From positions 1 through 64,000 of IMG/VR virus record IMGVR_UViG_3300027785_000021: a DNA stretch of 64,000 nt. One strand, 5' to 3'. The notes under the pieces were generated by a model that was not told the origin of the DNA, did not search any database, and was given only the letters and a program-made list of their open reading frames with translations. Shown here one piece after another: positions 19,637-29,325 of this stretch (the first letter of the stretch is position 1; the number at the start of each line of letters is the position of its first letter). The position numbers were made by a program, and so were the translations under genes. The DNA comes from an uncultured virus (IMG/VR IMGVR_UViG_3300027785_000021). Taxonomy: Duplodnaviria > Heunggongvirae > Uroviricota > Caudoviricetes.

Positions 19637-20758
19637 ATGGTTTACAAAGTTTATAAAAGCAACAACTATATAATTATTATAGATGAGAATGATAATTATT
19701 TTGAGGAACATTGCGCTAATGTTCTTGTCACAAAACTACTAACACCTAGCACTACTTATGATATTACATTTTTCAGAACAGAAAGTGTACCTCAAGCATT
19801 TTACAGCATACCTTTTGCAAACATCAGACAACAATCTGGTGCACCATATGCAAACGTTGCTACTTGGGAGTCGTGGTATACACTTAACACAGGTCTTTGT
19901 AGCAATGCAGCAGTTTTAAATTCAATCCTTGCAACCTTGCAAGCACAAACAGATGTTGAAGGTGTGTTTGTTATAGATACTGGTAATTTTGATAAAATTG
20001 TTTTGCAAGTAAAAGTTTGGGATCAAGATAGTCAATCATATATTGCAATATACTACTATAATCCTGATGGTACTTTGTATACACCAGTAGGGCCACTTGA
20101 ATGGGTTGGGCCTGGAGGAAGTGTAAATGCTACCATTATAAGTCCACTTGGAAATACTACCACTTGTGGTAATGCAGTTGCAGTTACTTATTGTGCTGCG
20201 CAAGCAACAGAATTTTTTGATCAAGGAACTACATTAGATGATATTCTCACAGAGTTAACAACTGGAACACTGGATGTAAACATTACAAATCTAAATATTG
20301 CTGTTACTGCTACAGATCTTGACATTAGAGATTTAGTTTGTGCAACTGATTCAGTATCAATATGTTCTGATGGTGTAATTGTAGCATCTGCAAGTCCATT
20401 ACCTGTAGGATTGTATGCAGATGATTTAGTTTCACTAGCACCTGAAAGATTAACTACAACAGGAGGCCCTACATATCAAGCATTAGATGTAAATCAAGTT
20501 CCTTTTGTGAGAACACCTAATCTAAAAGTATATATAACAGGAACAGGTTTTATTGCAGTACCTGTATATTCAATTACATTCTTTAATAGTGGTTCTGATA
20601 ATGAGCAAATTACTTTTGATGGTGGTACAAGTTATGAAACTATTCCTCCAGGTGTTTCTATATCAATGGATGCTGGAGGTAACAATACTTATCCAGCAAG
20701 TGCATTTGGATATGACGTTCTTGGAAGTGGACCACTTATTATAACTTATAACTCTTAA
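19637..20758 (+). CDS. Putative tail/structural protein
   Basis: Thr/Gly/Val-rich, beta-type composition; VTATDLDIRDL segment reminiscent of phage fibre proteins; first gene of the tail block. Confidence 0.6.
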   Translation: MVYKVYKSNNYIIIIDENDNYFEEHCANVLVTKLLTPSTTYDITFFRTESVPQAFYSIPFANIRQQSGAPYANVATWESWYTLNTGLCSNAAVLNSILATLQAQTDVEGVFVIDTGNFDKIVLQVKVWDQDSQSYIAIYYYNPDGTLYTPVGPLEWVGPGGSVNATIISPLGNTTTCGNAVAVTYCAAQATEFFDQGTTLDDILTELTTGTLDVNITNLNIAVTATDLDIRDLVCATDSVSICSDGVIVASASPLPVGLYADDLVSLAPERLTTTGGPTYQALDVNQVPFVRTPNLKVYITGTGFIAVPVYSITFFNSGSDNEQITFDGGTSYETIPPGVSISMDAGGNNTYPASAFGYDVLGSGPLIITYNS

Positions 20759-20760
20759 TT

Positions 20761-22092
20761 ATGAAAACATTTATAAATAGAGATCTGCCTAATGATGAAT
20801 ATCAAGCAGCAGTAGGTGCAAATAACCCATCTGCAAGTAATGTATTTGCAACTATAAATGATATACCTGCAGTTTCATCAGGTATTTGGGGTATATCAGA
20901 TGCAAGTGGAGTATATACTTACTATACCACTTTTACTCTTGCTATGGCAGCAGCAGTAGCAGGACAGACTATTGAATTATTTGCTGATGTTACAGAAACA
21001 GGAAATGTTACTATTGCTATGAAAAGTGGAGTTATTATAAATGGTAATGGTCACACATATACCTATACTAATAACTCTGGTATAATGTTTTCTGATTCAG
21101 CAAATGCTAGTGGTACATTTGCTTTTTATAATATAAATATTACAAGAACTAATACTACATCAACTGGTGCTGTAATATTTGCCTTTACAGCAACTTCTTT
21201 ATATGCTACGTCAACAGTTGACTTTAATAGTTGCGTTATTAAGTATACTGTTACATCTGGTAACTCACAAATTGCATCAACAGATGCATTGAAATCAGCA
21301 ATATTAAATAGTGTAAATTGTGTTACAAATGGTGCTGGTACTGCATTTATTGGATCTCAAGTTATTACATTAAATAATGCTATTATTACATGTAATGGAA
21401 CTTCTAGTGGAGCATATAGTTGTACTTTAAAGCAATGTATAATACAAACTCAAAGTGGATGTGGTATTAGCAACTCCACAACAAGAGAATGTGTTGTCAA
21501 CTGTATAACAAGTGGTATAGGTATTAATGCTGGTTCTTCTTATAATTGTACTGTTACAACTAATACAGGAAATTGTTTTGATTCTACTGGTCCTCTTGTT
21601 AATTCAGGTTCAGGATCAGCAAATAATTGCGTTGCTATAACAACTTCTGGAATTTGTTATTATTCAGTTGTAACCAATGGTTGTTGGGGGTATTCTTCTA
21701 CAAATCATGCAATATTTATTCATTTCAATTATGGTGATGGTAGATATAAATACTATAATGGATTTTTCAGCTCTGGTGGTGCTATTGTGGCAAATGTTCC
21801 ATCTGGTGCATATTTAATAAATTGTACAATATCCTCTACTTGGAATAATGCAGGAGGTCATGCAGTCAGGATAAGTGGAACAGGCAATGATAGTTCTGGA
21901 CAAGCAAAAAATCAAATTATAAATTGTGTACTTGAGACTGTAAATGCATCAGCTAATTGCATAAATTCAGTAGCAGCAAGTGACTGTAAATACTCAAACA
22001 ATTCATTTAAAATTGCATCCACACCAGTTAATGTTAATGTGACACAAGGAATAATTAATACTCAAGATAATCAAGGAAATATATTATTATGA
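20761..22092 (+). CDS. Putative tail spike / right-handed beta-helix receptor-binding protein
   Basis: N-terminal ANNPSASNVFATINDI anchor-like motif; TLAMAAAVAGQTIEL and IINGNGHT resemble pectate-lyase-like beta-helix starts; periodic NC/SC repeats. Confidence 0.65.
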   Translation: MKTFINRDLPNDEYQAAVGANNPSASNVFATINDIPAVSSGIWGISDASGVYTYYTTFTLAMAAAVAGQTIELFADVTETGNVTIAMKSGVIINGNGHTYTYTNNSGIMFSDSANASGTFAFYNINITRTNTTSTGAVIFAFTATSLYATSTVDFNSCVIKYTVTSGNSQIASTDALKSAILNSVNCVTNGAGTAFIGSQVITLNNAIITCNGTSSGAYSCTLKQCIIQTQSGCGISNSTTRECVVNCITSGIGINAGSSYNCTVTTNTGNCFDSTGPLVNSGSGSANNCVAITTSGICYYSVVTNGCWGYSSTNHAIFIHFNYGDGRYKYYNGFFSSGGAIVANVPSGAYLINCTISSTWNNAGGHAVRISGTGNDSSGQAKNQIINCVLETVNASANCINSVAASDCKYSNNSFKIASTPVNVNVTQGIINTQDNQGNILL

Positions 22093-22403
22093 TAACAAAA
22101 ATAGATATCTTATTAGATTATAATGAAATAATAAGTAGTGTTGAGTCAGTTGTAACAACACATATGATAAGTGATTTATCAGGAAATGAATCTTTATCTT
22201 ATCAAAGTTTTATTGATTTGGTAAATAGCAAAACTCCAGAAAAATATAATCAAGTTTTTATAACAGAGGAAGATGTAAAAAGATATGTTCTTTTATTAGT
22301 TGAATCATTAGAAGTTAAATCAATGCATGATGTACTTTATGATGCTTTATCAGACTCTGAAAAATTAGTATTTGATAACTTTTATAATACATTTACAGTT
22401 TAA
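22089..22403 (+). CDS. Small acidic protein, possible fibre chaperone
   Basis: Overlaps the stop of the spike gene by 4 nt; 104 aa. Confidence 0.5.
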   Translation: MITKIDILLDYNEIISSVESVVTTHMISDLSGNESLSYQSFIDLVNSKTPEKYNQVFITEEDVKRYVLLLVESLEVKSMHDVLYDALSDSEKLVFDNFYNTFTV

Positions 22404-22405
22404 TC

Positions 22406-23584
22406 ATGGCAATAACAACAGTGACAACATCAATGGCAGGTGCTATTAACTACACAGTAGTTACTGATAGTTCGGCAGATTGGAGTAGTGTATCTAACTC
22501 AACTTATTTTTATAATAAGGCAGATAAGTTAGTGCATTATAAGGATTCTACAGGAGTTGTCCAAGAAATATTTAGTGCAGCAGCAGGAGGAATCACAGTA
22601 GGTACAACAACTTCAACAGGAACAGATGGTAGAGTGTTTTTTCAAGCAGGAGGAGTAGTTCAGCAAGATGCCGCATTCTTTTGGGATAATACTAATAAAA
22701 GATTAGGAATAGGTGCTACACCTGCAAGTACAGTAAGTCTTGATGTAAGGTCGCAAGGTGCATTATCAACTGACATAGCATTTAGAGTTAGGAATAGTGC
22801 TGATACACTTAATACTTTTCAATCAACTGGTGATGGTAAGACAAGAATGCAAGGTTCAACATATTATACTGAATTTGACCCAGCAAATGGCTTGTATGTA
22901 GGCAATAATTTTGGTAACATGATTAATTTAAGTGGTGTTTTACAAGGAACATCATGGTTTAATGCTGGGGCTGATGGCAAATTAGCAGTAGGTAGAACAA
23001 CTGCAAATTATAGATTTCATGTTAACAGTAGTACTACTAATCCAAATATACCTGCTTGTTTCAATAGCAATAGTGATGTTAATGGACAAAATGGTATAGC
23101 ATTTACAACCACATGGACTGGAAATGATTTTGGAAATATTGGAGGAATTTTAAAAATGAAACATACGCATCTTGGCGGAAGTGGTGTATTTCAAAATTGT
23201 CAATTTGACTTTGACTTAAATTATAATAATTCTACCCCAACAACAAGAGCATCAATTACGGGAAGGTCAAATATTTTAATAGGAACTCCAACGGAAAATA
23301 TAGCTGATAGTCATACTATTTATATACCCAACGGTACAGCACCAACAGGTTCAATTACAGATGGATATAAACAATACTCAAATGACATAACAACAGGCAA
23401 TGCTGCTCCACATTTTAGAACAGAGAATGGCTCTATTGTTAAGTTGTATCAAGAAACAACAGCAGTAACACCTGCCACAGTAGTTAGTGGAAGTGGTGGC
23501 ACTGTAAAACACGATGACACTTTTGATGGCTATACGCTTGAAAAAGTAGTTAGAGCATTGCGAAATTTAGGAATCTTAGCATAA
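22406..23584 (+). CDS. Putative tail fibre protein
   Basis: FFWDNTNKRLGIG...LDV fibre repeat motif; C-terminal VVRALRNLGILA. Confidence 0.7.
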   Translation: MAITTVTTSMAGAINYTVVTDSSADWSSVSNSTYFYNKADKLVHYKDSTGVVQEIFSAAAGGITVGTTTSTGTDGRVFFQAGGVVQQDAAFFWDNTNKRLGIGATPASTVSLDVRSQGALSTDIAFRVRNSADTLNTFQSTGDGKTRMQGSTYYTEFDPANGLYVGNNFGNMINLSGVLQGTSWFNAGADGKLAVGRTTANYRFHVNSSTTNPNIPACFNSNSDVNGQNGIAFTTTWTGNDFGNIGGILKMKHTHLGGSGVFQNCQFDFDLNYNNSTPTTRASITGRSNILIGTPTENIADSHTIYIPNGTAPTGSITDGYKQYSNDITTGNAAPHFRTENGSIVKLYQETTAVTPATVVSGSGGTVKHDDTFDGYTLEKVVRALRNLGILA

Positions 23585-23596
23585 AAAATATATAGT

Positions 23597-23908
23597 ATGG
23601 CAATTTTAATTAGAGCAACAGAAGAAAAAAAGATTACAATTTCAGGAACTGACATTGAACTTACACAAGTTTATGGTAGAATTAGATTCTTAGGAGATTT
23701 TCCAGGTACTACTATTGAAGGTGAAGTAGCAACATTTGCTAACATAACAACATTTGAAGAAGGTAAAATGCTTTATACAGATGTTCCTATTGGTAACTAT
23801 AAAGCTAATCTTGAGCCAACAGAAGTACAATCTTTAGATACAGCTCACAAATATGCTAAGATAGCTTATGAGCAACAAGGATATGAAGTAATAATTGATA
23901 TGCTATAA
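23597..23908 (+). CDS. Small protein downstream of fibre, possible fibre chaperone
   Basis: 103-aa ORF following the fibre gene. Confidence 0.5.
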   Translation: MAILIRATEEKKITISGTDIELTQVYGRIRFLGDFPGTTIEGEVATFANITTFEEGKMLYTDVPIGNYKANLEPTEVQSLDTAHKYAKIAYEQQGYEVIIDML

Positions 23909-23942
23909 GCTAAGTAAAAATGCTTGTATTAAACAAAGATAA

Positions 23943-24176
23943 ATGAAAGAGTTGAAAACAAGATGGAATGCACCAACTCCTAAGTTCTGGAAAATAGTAC
24001 AGAAAATTGGATTAGCTGCAGGTGCAATAGGTACTATATTAATTGCAGCACCTATTGCTTTACCTACTGCTTTTGTAACAATCAGTGGATACCTTGTAGT
24101 GACTGGTAGCATTACTGCTGCCTTGTCACAATTGACTGTTATGGATTCTTCTAAAAAAGATGAGATGGTAGACTAA
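23943..24176 (+). CDS. Small two-TM membrane protein (holin-like)
   Basis: RWNAPTPKFWK followed by two hydrophobic segments; 77 aa. Confidence 0.55.
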   Translation: MKELKTRWNAPTPKFWKIVQKIGLAAGAIGTILIAAPIALPTAFVTISGYLVVTGSITAALSQLTVMDSSKKDEMVD

Positions 24177-24448
24177 TCATCATCTGCCAGTTCATCATAA
24201 ATTGCTTTCTCAGAATCACTGAGACTTTCATAGGTGTATACAGGTTCAGAAAGCATCTCATCTTCTGTAAAATAATATGCAGAATCTTTATATCCAAATA
24301 TTGAATCTTCTTTCTTCTTATAGAAGCATTTAAAGTTTCTTGTCAAATATGAGATTGTGTATCCAGTCATTTGATTTATTCTTTCAATAGAATATCCAGA
24401 TTTTATCAAATCATGAATAAGATTTATGTCATGTACATCTCCACTCAT
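24173..24448 (-). CDS. Hypothetical protein (possible HTH)
   Basis: LIKSGYSIERINQMTGYT resembles an HTH; overlaps the neighbouring gene. Confidence 0.5.
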   Translation of the reverse strand: MSGDVHDINLIHDLIKSGYSIERINQMTGYTISYLTRNFKCFYKKKEDSIFGYKDSAYYFTEDEMLSEPVYTYESLSDSEKAIYDELADDD

Positions 24449-25050
24449 GGACCAAAGTAATGAAAACCTTCATTCACAATATCTGCGTCATTACCTTCAA
24501 CAATATTCCAACACATTGTTCCAAGATTAGATGTTACTTGTTTATTCTTATCTTCTTTCTTAACAAAATACTTAGAGTTTGACATGTACTGGTAGTCACC
24601 AGATTCATTAAATGCATCAGCATATTGACCTATTGCTTGAAATACAAGATCCCAAGTGTACTCAGGATACTCATTAAAAAACCAAATGAATCTGTCATAA
24701 AGTTCTTTAGGGTTTGTGCGATAAGCATGTGCTGAATCAGGACGTTTTCCTTTAGGAAAATGCTCATTGTACCTGATGATGTTTTCTTCCCATTCTTCAA
24801 ATGGTACTTTCTTTTTTGGTGGTGCTTTTTCTAATATCTTTTGACCATTGCGTAAAACTCCTTTTCCAAGGGTTGTTAGCACATAGATACCATTCACTTC
24901 TTTCATGTAATCAGATAAAGCAAGACGATACTGCTCACTGCGTACATTAATGAAATTTGAATGCTCATAGCCATTGAACATAGAATGTAACACGTAGAAG
25001 CCATTTGGACTAAGCTTGTGCTTAACCAAGTAATCAAAGAATTCTTTCAT
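24445..25050 (-). CDS. Hypothetical protein, possible winged-helix replication-associated protein
   Basis: 201 aa; YVLTTLGK wing-like segment; function inferred only. Confidence 0.55.
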   Translation of the reverse strand: MKEFFDYLVKHKLSPNGFYVLHSMFNGYEHSNFINVRSEQYRLALSDYMKEVNGIYVLTTLGKGVLRNGQKILEKAPPKKKVPFEEWEENIIRYNEHFPKGKRPDSAHAYRTNPKELYDRFIWFFNEYPEYTWDLVFQAIGQYADAFNESGDYQYMSNSKYFVKKEDKNKQVTSNLGTMCWNIVEGNDADIVNEGFHYFGP

Positions 25051-25051
25051 G

Positions 25052-25303
25052 TTAGTTTAATAAATGTTCGTATTTTTTTTCTTTTGCAGATGCAGAGTGT
25101 TCTTGTAAGGGAACAAATCTGTCTGCTCTATAGCCAATCCAGGGTAAACCATATTTGGTTCTTCCTTTATTTGTCACACCTTTAATGATGTAGACTTTTT
25201 GCTCAAAGTTATTGATGAACTCAGTTTCAACTGAATAATTCATACCTTCTTCAATTTCTCCTCCAGGAGGTAGTTTGTCAGAATTAATGCATAAAACTTC
25301 CAT
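25052..25303 (-). CDS. Hypothetical protein
   Basis: 83-aa ORF in the minus-strand operon. Confidence 0.6.
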   Translation of the reverse strand: MEVLCINSDKLPPGGEIEEGMNYSVETEFINNFEQKVYIIKGVTNKGRTKYGLPWIGYRADRFVPLQEHSASAKEKKYEHLLN

Positions 25304-25316
25304 AATATAAAAAAAT

Positions 25317-25339
25317 AAGGCTGCTTTTACACAGCCTTT
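25317..25339. terminator. Putative intrinsic terminator hairpin after the RNR gene
   Basis: aaggctg-cttttaca-cagcctt with A/T runs on both sides. Confidence 0.5.
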
Positions 25340-25344
25340 TGTGA

Positions 25345-27252
25345 TTATCTAACAGGACAAGCTCCTCCTTCACAATCTGCAATGTCCATATCATCAAGAT
25401 TGATAGTACTATCAAATGATGAAATTGGAACAACTGTTGCTGAAAGCTCAAGATATTTCTCTTCTGTAATTTCTTCCAATGGTGCTTGATCAAAACCATG
25501 CTCATTGTGCAATAAGAAAGACACTGACTTAACATTGAAATAGTTACTCACCAGCCACGCTTTAATTTCATCAAGCTCATGCTTGCGATAGTAAATTGTA
25601 ACTGAAACAGCATTGTCAGACCATTCTGTTTGTAAACGTTTGATTACTTCAAGCTGATCAACTGCAGTCATGTCATTTGCTAGCAATGTTCCTTTTGGAA
25701 ACTTGCATGGAAATGATACTACAACAGTACTATGATCTTCAGTGCCATCAAAATTACGCTGGAACTCTAATGGAAACCCATTCTTTCTACACACATTAAC
25801 AACTGGACTATCAGAAGACATTCTAATTCTGCGTATGTAAAACTCAGAGTATGCAGGATGAGCACCAGAGGTCACTCCAGCTAACAAACTTAATGTGCCT
25901 GAAGGTTTTACTGTTGTAAGTTTTATTGATGGATTAAATCCATTCTTTTCACTATACTCAGTATCATACCTTCTTAGTAAATTGTAACACTCAGAAAGCC
26001 AACTACGTTGTTCATCAGAAGCTTGAAGATATCCTGTAACACCAATACCCATTCTCATGTTTTTGTGTACAATGTCTTCAGTTTCTTTGATTTCACATTT
26101 CATAGCCAAAGAATGTTTATTGATTCTGTAAAGGATTAAAGCTGTTTTAGCTAAATCAGCATACGAGTTGATATTTGGAAGATATATTTCTGCCAAGCAA
26201 CAAGTCTCATAATTAGCTAAAGACTGTTCTGCACATGGATTAAAACCCATTACTTCAGGATCTGGATATGTAGTGTCACCTGTTCTACCCATTCTGCGAG
26301 CAGCATCAAGATTTATTAAACCATACGGTTCACCATTACCATTGTAACCTTCCCAAAATTCTTCTGGCAACTTTGTTATGTCATCACATATTACTGAGTT
26401 GTTGCTCATTGCACGCCAGTTAGGAATTCCTCCAAGGTCCCAGCGTTTTGCACGTAGAAACTCAAAATCATCATAGTCACCTAGTGCAATTTGAGCTGAG
26501 CGTCTAACATTACCTGCAACAACAATACGTCCAATAATGTTCATAATGTCAAGGCAGTCAACAGGACGTACTCTTTTACCTGATCTTGCATTAAGAATAG
26601 TGTTAATTTCTCCAATACCCCATACTAAATCTTGTGGTCCTGATGCAGTTCCTCCAAAACCTTTAATAGGTGATCCTTTTGAGCGTATCAAATGACAAGC
26701 ATAAGTAAATCCTTTGCCTGTTATAAATGATGCTTCAAGCACACGTCTCATAAGTTCTACCCAACCTTCTCTTGAATCAGGCACAATAAAGTCAGCGTCA
26801 TTCACATCAATGCGCTCTACTTTTACCTTCTTCAAAATCTTAGGTATTTGGTACACATGCTCACGCTGAATGTTAAATCCTACACCTGAACCTAGCATAA
26901 GCATTTCAAATGCCCATGTAAAAGGTCTAATAGGTTCATCACAAACAACAAAGGCACAATTTTGCAAAGATGGTAGTCCTAATTTGTCAACGGTTTTTGT
27001 ACCTAATTGCCACAAAAATCTTCCTGCTACTGTACCTTTTAATTTTAGCATAATCTCTCTAAGTGCATGCTCTTCTGCTTCTGTAAATCCAACATTTAGT
27101 TGGTCTCTGCATGATTCAACCACACGTTCAATTGTATCAGACCATTCTTCTGATTTTCCACTTTTTGTAGGTCTTGAATATGTACGCTTATACGTAACAT
27201 AACCTACTGGTCCCCAAGGGGTAACGTCAGCGTTAGCTTTTGTTTCTGTCAT
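25345..27252 (-). CDS. nrdJ: Class II adenosylcobalamin-dependent ribonucleotide reductase (monomeric RTPR type)
   Basis: AGRFLW, LQNCAF, AGNVRRSA, NPCAEQ (radical Cys), TTVKPSGTLS and C-terminal CEGGACPVR; no small-subunit gene nearby. Confidence 0.93.
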   Translation of the reverse strand: MTETKANADVTPWGPVGYVTYKRTYSRPTKSGKSEEWSDTIERVVESCRDQLNVGFTEAEEHALREIMLKLKGTVAGRFLWQLGTKTVDKLGLPSLQNCAFVVCDEPIRPFTWAFEMLMLGSGVGFNIQREHVYQIPKILKKVKVERIDVNDADFIVPDSREGWVELMRRVLEASFITGKGFTYACHLIRSKGSPIKGFGGTASGPQDLVWGIGEINTILNARSGKRVRPVDCLDIMNIIGRIVVAGNVRRSAQIALGDYDDFEFLRAKRWDLGGIPNWRAMSNNSVICDDITKLPEEFWEGYNGNGEPYGLINLDAARRMGRTGDTTYPDPEVMGFNPCAEQSLANYETCCLAEIYLPNINSYADLAKTALILYRINKHSLAMKCEIKETEDIVHKNMRMGIGVTGYLQASDEQRSWLSECYNLLRRYDTEYSEKNGFNPSIKLTTVKPSGTLSLLAGVTSGAHPAYSEFYIRRIRMSSDSPVVNVCRKNGFPLEFQRNFDGTEDHSTVVVSFPCKFPKGTLLANDMTAVDQLEVIKRLQTEWSDNAVSVTIYYRKHELDEIKAWLVSNYFNVKSVSFLLHNEHGFDQAPLEEITEEKYLELSATVVPISSFDSTINLDDMDIADCEGGACPVR

Positions 27253-27429
27253 AATTATAATTTTAAGGTTTTATATAAAAAAAGGAAGGGCAACAAATAT
27301 CGTAAATTTTAAGTTTTGTGCCAAATGATTATAATAATTTTTTTTTTAAAAATGTGTAAGTAATTCCATGTAATTTCAGATATTTGTACTATCTTATACT
27401 TGAGGGAGGTGAGAGTACAAAAAAAGACT

Positions 27430-27936
27430 ATGAAAAAACTTTTTGTACTGCTTACATTATTGGCAATAATCTTGACATCATGTGATGCAAGTAAGCGTAT
27501 GCAAAAACGTTTAGATAGATATTGCAAGCTTTGTCCTTCAAAAGACAGTACAATTACTGTTACTGAATACAAAGATAAAATTGTCACTGTTCCTGGTGAT
27601 ACAACTATTGTTGTAGATAGTCTTTATTGTGATTCATTAGGTAATGTTTACATTAAAAGACTTTCTGAAAAAGATGGTGAACTTGTACGCCTTAAGCAAA
27701 CTCTTAAAAACAATAAACTTACAAGCACTGTAATAGTCAAAACTCAATATGTGAATGTTCCAGGAGTAACTATTACAAAAACACGCGATGTAATCAAAAC
27801 CTTACCAGCTAAAGAAATAAAGTATGTACCATGGTATATCAATTTTCTTGCTGTTCTTGGTGGTATCACGTTTTTATTAATTCTTTTTTACATAATTTAC
27901 AAAATAACCTTAGGAAAATGGACACATCAACTTTAA
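27430..27936 (+). CDS. Lipoprotein with C-terminal TM helix; putative unimolecular spanin
   Basis: MKKLFVLLTLLAIILTSC signal/lipobox; beta-rich middle; C-terminal TM WYINFLAVLGGITFLLILFYIIY; lies in the lysis cassette. Confidence 0.6.
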   Translation: MKKLFVLLTLLAIILTSCDASKRMQKRLDRYCKLCPSKDSTITVTEYKDKIVTVPGDTTIVVDSLYCDSLGNVYIKRLSEKDGELVRLKQTLKNNKLTSTVIVKTQYVNVPGVTITKTRDVIKTLPAKEIKYVPWYINFLAVLGGITFLLILFYIIYKITLGKWTHQL

Positions 27937-28217
27937 CAATTGTTTTATTTATTGCAGGATCAGTATTTACAATATTTGGTTTCTTTTTAAGAACAGCATA
28001 TATGGATACTAGAAAAGATGTTGAATTTTTAATGACAAATTATACAAAAATGAATGAAGAACTTGGTAAGCTCAAAGGTAAAATTGAACTGGTTCAACAA
28101 GAGAATCAATTAAAGTATCAAGCTATACAAGAACTTACGCAACTTGAAATAAAAAATCTGGCAAAAAATGTTAGTGAATTATCAGACGCTGTTAAACAAT
28201 TAATTTTAAGTAGATAA
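27918..28217 (+). CDS. N-terminal TM + coiled-coil protein (holin/antiholin-like)
   Basis: ATG 27918 MDTSTLTIVLFIAGSVFTIFGFFLR then heptad coiled coil; directly upstream of the endolysin. Confidence 0.6.
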   Translation: MDTSTLTIVLFIAGSVFTIFGFFLRTAYMDTRKDVEFLMTNYTKMNEELGKLKGKIELVQQENQLKYQAIQELTQLEIKNLAKNVSELSDAVKQLILSR

Positions 28218-28219
28218 CT

Positions 28220-28906
28220 ATGGAATTAAATTTATCCAAAATCAAACAGGTTCCTTTGTCAGAAAGTCAGTATGTCAAAGAAGAAACTAAAAAAACACAA
28301 ATTGTGTTGCATCACACTGCAGGAAACTCTTCAGGTGTTGGTACAATAAAAATGTGGAATGCAGATGACAGAGGTAGAATTGCAACATGTATTGTAATTT
28401 CTGGTAAAGGTTTATCATCAGATACAACTGATGGTGAAATTTGTCAAGCATTCTCATCTAAATACTGGGCATACCATCTTGGAATTAAACCAGATGTTTT
28501 TAGATCAGTAGGAGTACCTTACCAAAGATTAGATAAACTTGCTATTGGCATTGAAATCTGTAACTGGGGACCATTAACTTTAAAGAATGATGGTAAGTTC
28601 TACAACTATGTTGATAGAGTAGTTCCAGTTGATCAAGTATGCACATTAGAGAAGCCTTATAAAGGATATACTTACTATCACGCATACACAGATGCACAGA
28701 TTGAATCTGTGAGACAATTACTTGTTTATTGGAGTAAAATTTACAGTATTCCACTTAACTACAACCTAGCAGATATGTGGAATGTTTCTGTAAACGCACT
28801 CAAAGGAGTTCCAGGCGTGTATACACACAATTCTTATAGAAAAGATAAGTCTGACATCTCTCCTCAACCAAAGATGATAGCAATGTTGAAATCCCTTAAA
28901 TCATAA
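28220..28906 (+). CDS. Endolysin, N-acetylmuramoyl-L-alanine amidase (Amidase_2 type)
   Basis: IVLHHTAG, AYHLG, AIGIEIC, YTDAQIESV, YTHNSYRKDKSD zinc-amidase motifs. Confidence 0.88.
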   Translation: MELNLSKIKQVPLSESQYVKEETKKTQIVLHHTAGNSSGVGTIKMWNADDRGRIATCIVISGKGLSSDTTDGEICQAFSSKYWAYHLGIKPDVFRSVGVPYQRLDKLAIGIEICNWGPLTLKNDGKFYNYVDRVVPVDQVCTLEKPYKGYTYYHAYTDAQIESVRQLLVYWSKIYSIPLNYNLADMWNVSVNALKGVPGVYTHNSYRKDKSDISPQPKMIAMLKSLKS

Positions 28907-28909
28907 ATC

Positions 28910-29095
28910 ATGAATAAATTACAAATCCTAGGTATTGCAAGACACATTTTAACTTTCGCAGGAGGTTTTCTTGTTGTACGTGGTTATGTAGATGAGTCTA
29001 CATTAACTGAAATTATTGGTTCTGTTGTAACACTTGCTGGTCTTATCTGGTCAGTAGTAGACAAAACTCCTACAAAAGATGGCAGCGAAGGTTAA
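28910..29095 (+). CDS. Putative two-TM holin
   Basis: GIARHILTFAGGFLV...IIGSVVTLAGLIWS; directly after the endolysin. Confidence 0.7.
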   Translation: MNKLQILGIARHILTFAGGFLVVRGYVDESTLTEIIGSVVTLAGLIWSVVDKTPTKDGSEG

Positions 29096-29225
29096 TTCAG
29101 TAGCTAACACATCTTCATTGAAGAAATCAAAAGTTTCTAGACCAGGTGTCCATTCTAAAACAAAGACATCATATTCTAAGAACTCAAAACACTATCGCAA
29201 GAGCTATAAAGGGCAAGGGCGATAA
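29079..29225 (+). CDS. Small very basic protein (48 aa)
   Basis: Not in the ORF track: MAAKVNSVANTSSLKKSKVSRPGVHSKTKTSYSKNSKHYRKSYKGQGR; no acidic residues. Confidence 0.6.
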   Translation: MAAKVNSVANTSSLKKSKVSRPGVHSKTKTSYSKNSKHYRKSYKGQGR

Positions 29226-29269
29226 AAGATGCTACTATGCTTAATGTTTAGTGGTTTTTCTTCTTCTGT

Positions 29270-29298
29270 AAAAAGTCCCCTAGTAATAGGGGATTTTT
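29270..29298. terminator. Bidirectional intrinsic terminator between convergent blocks
   Basis: aaaag-tccccta-gtaa-tagggga-ttttt. Confidence 0.8.
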
Positions 29299-29325
29299 GC
29301 TTTCTACAGAACTTGCTTAATGTTA

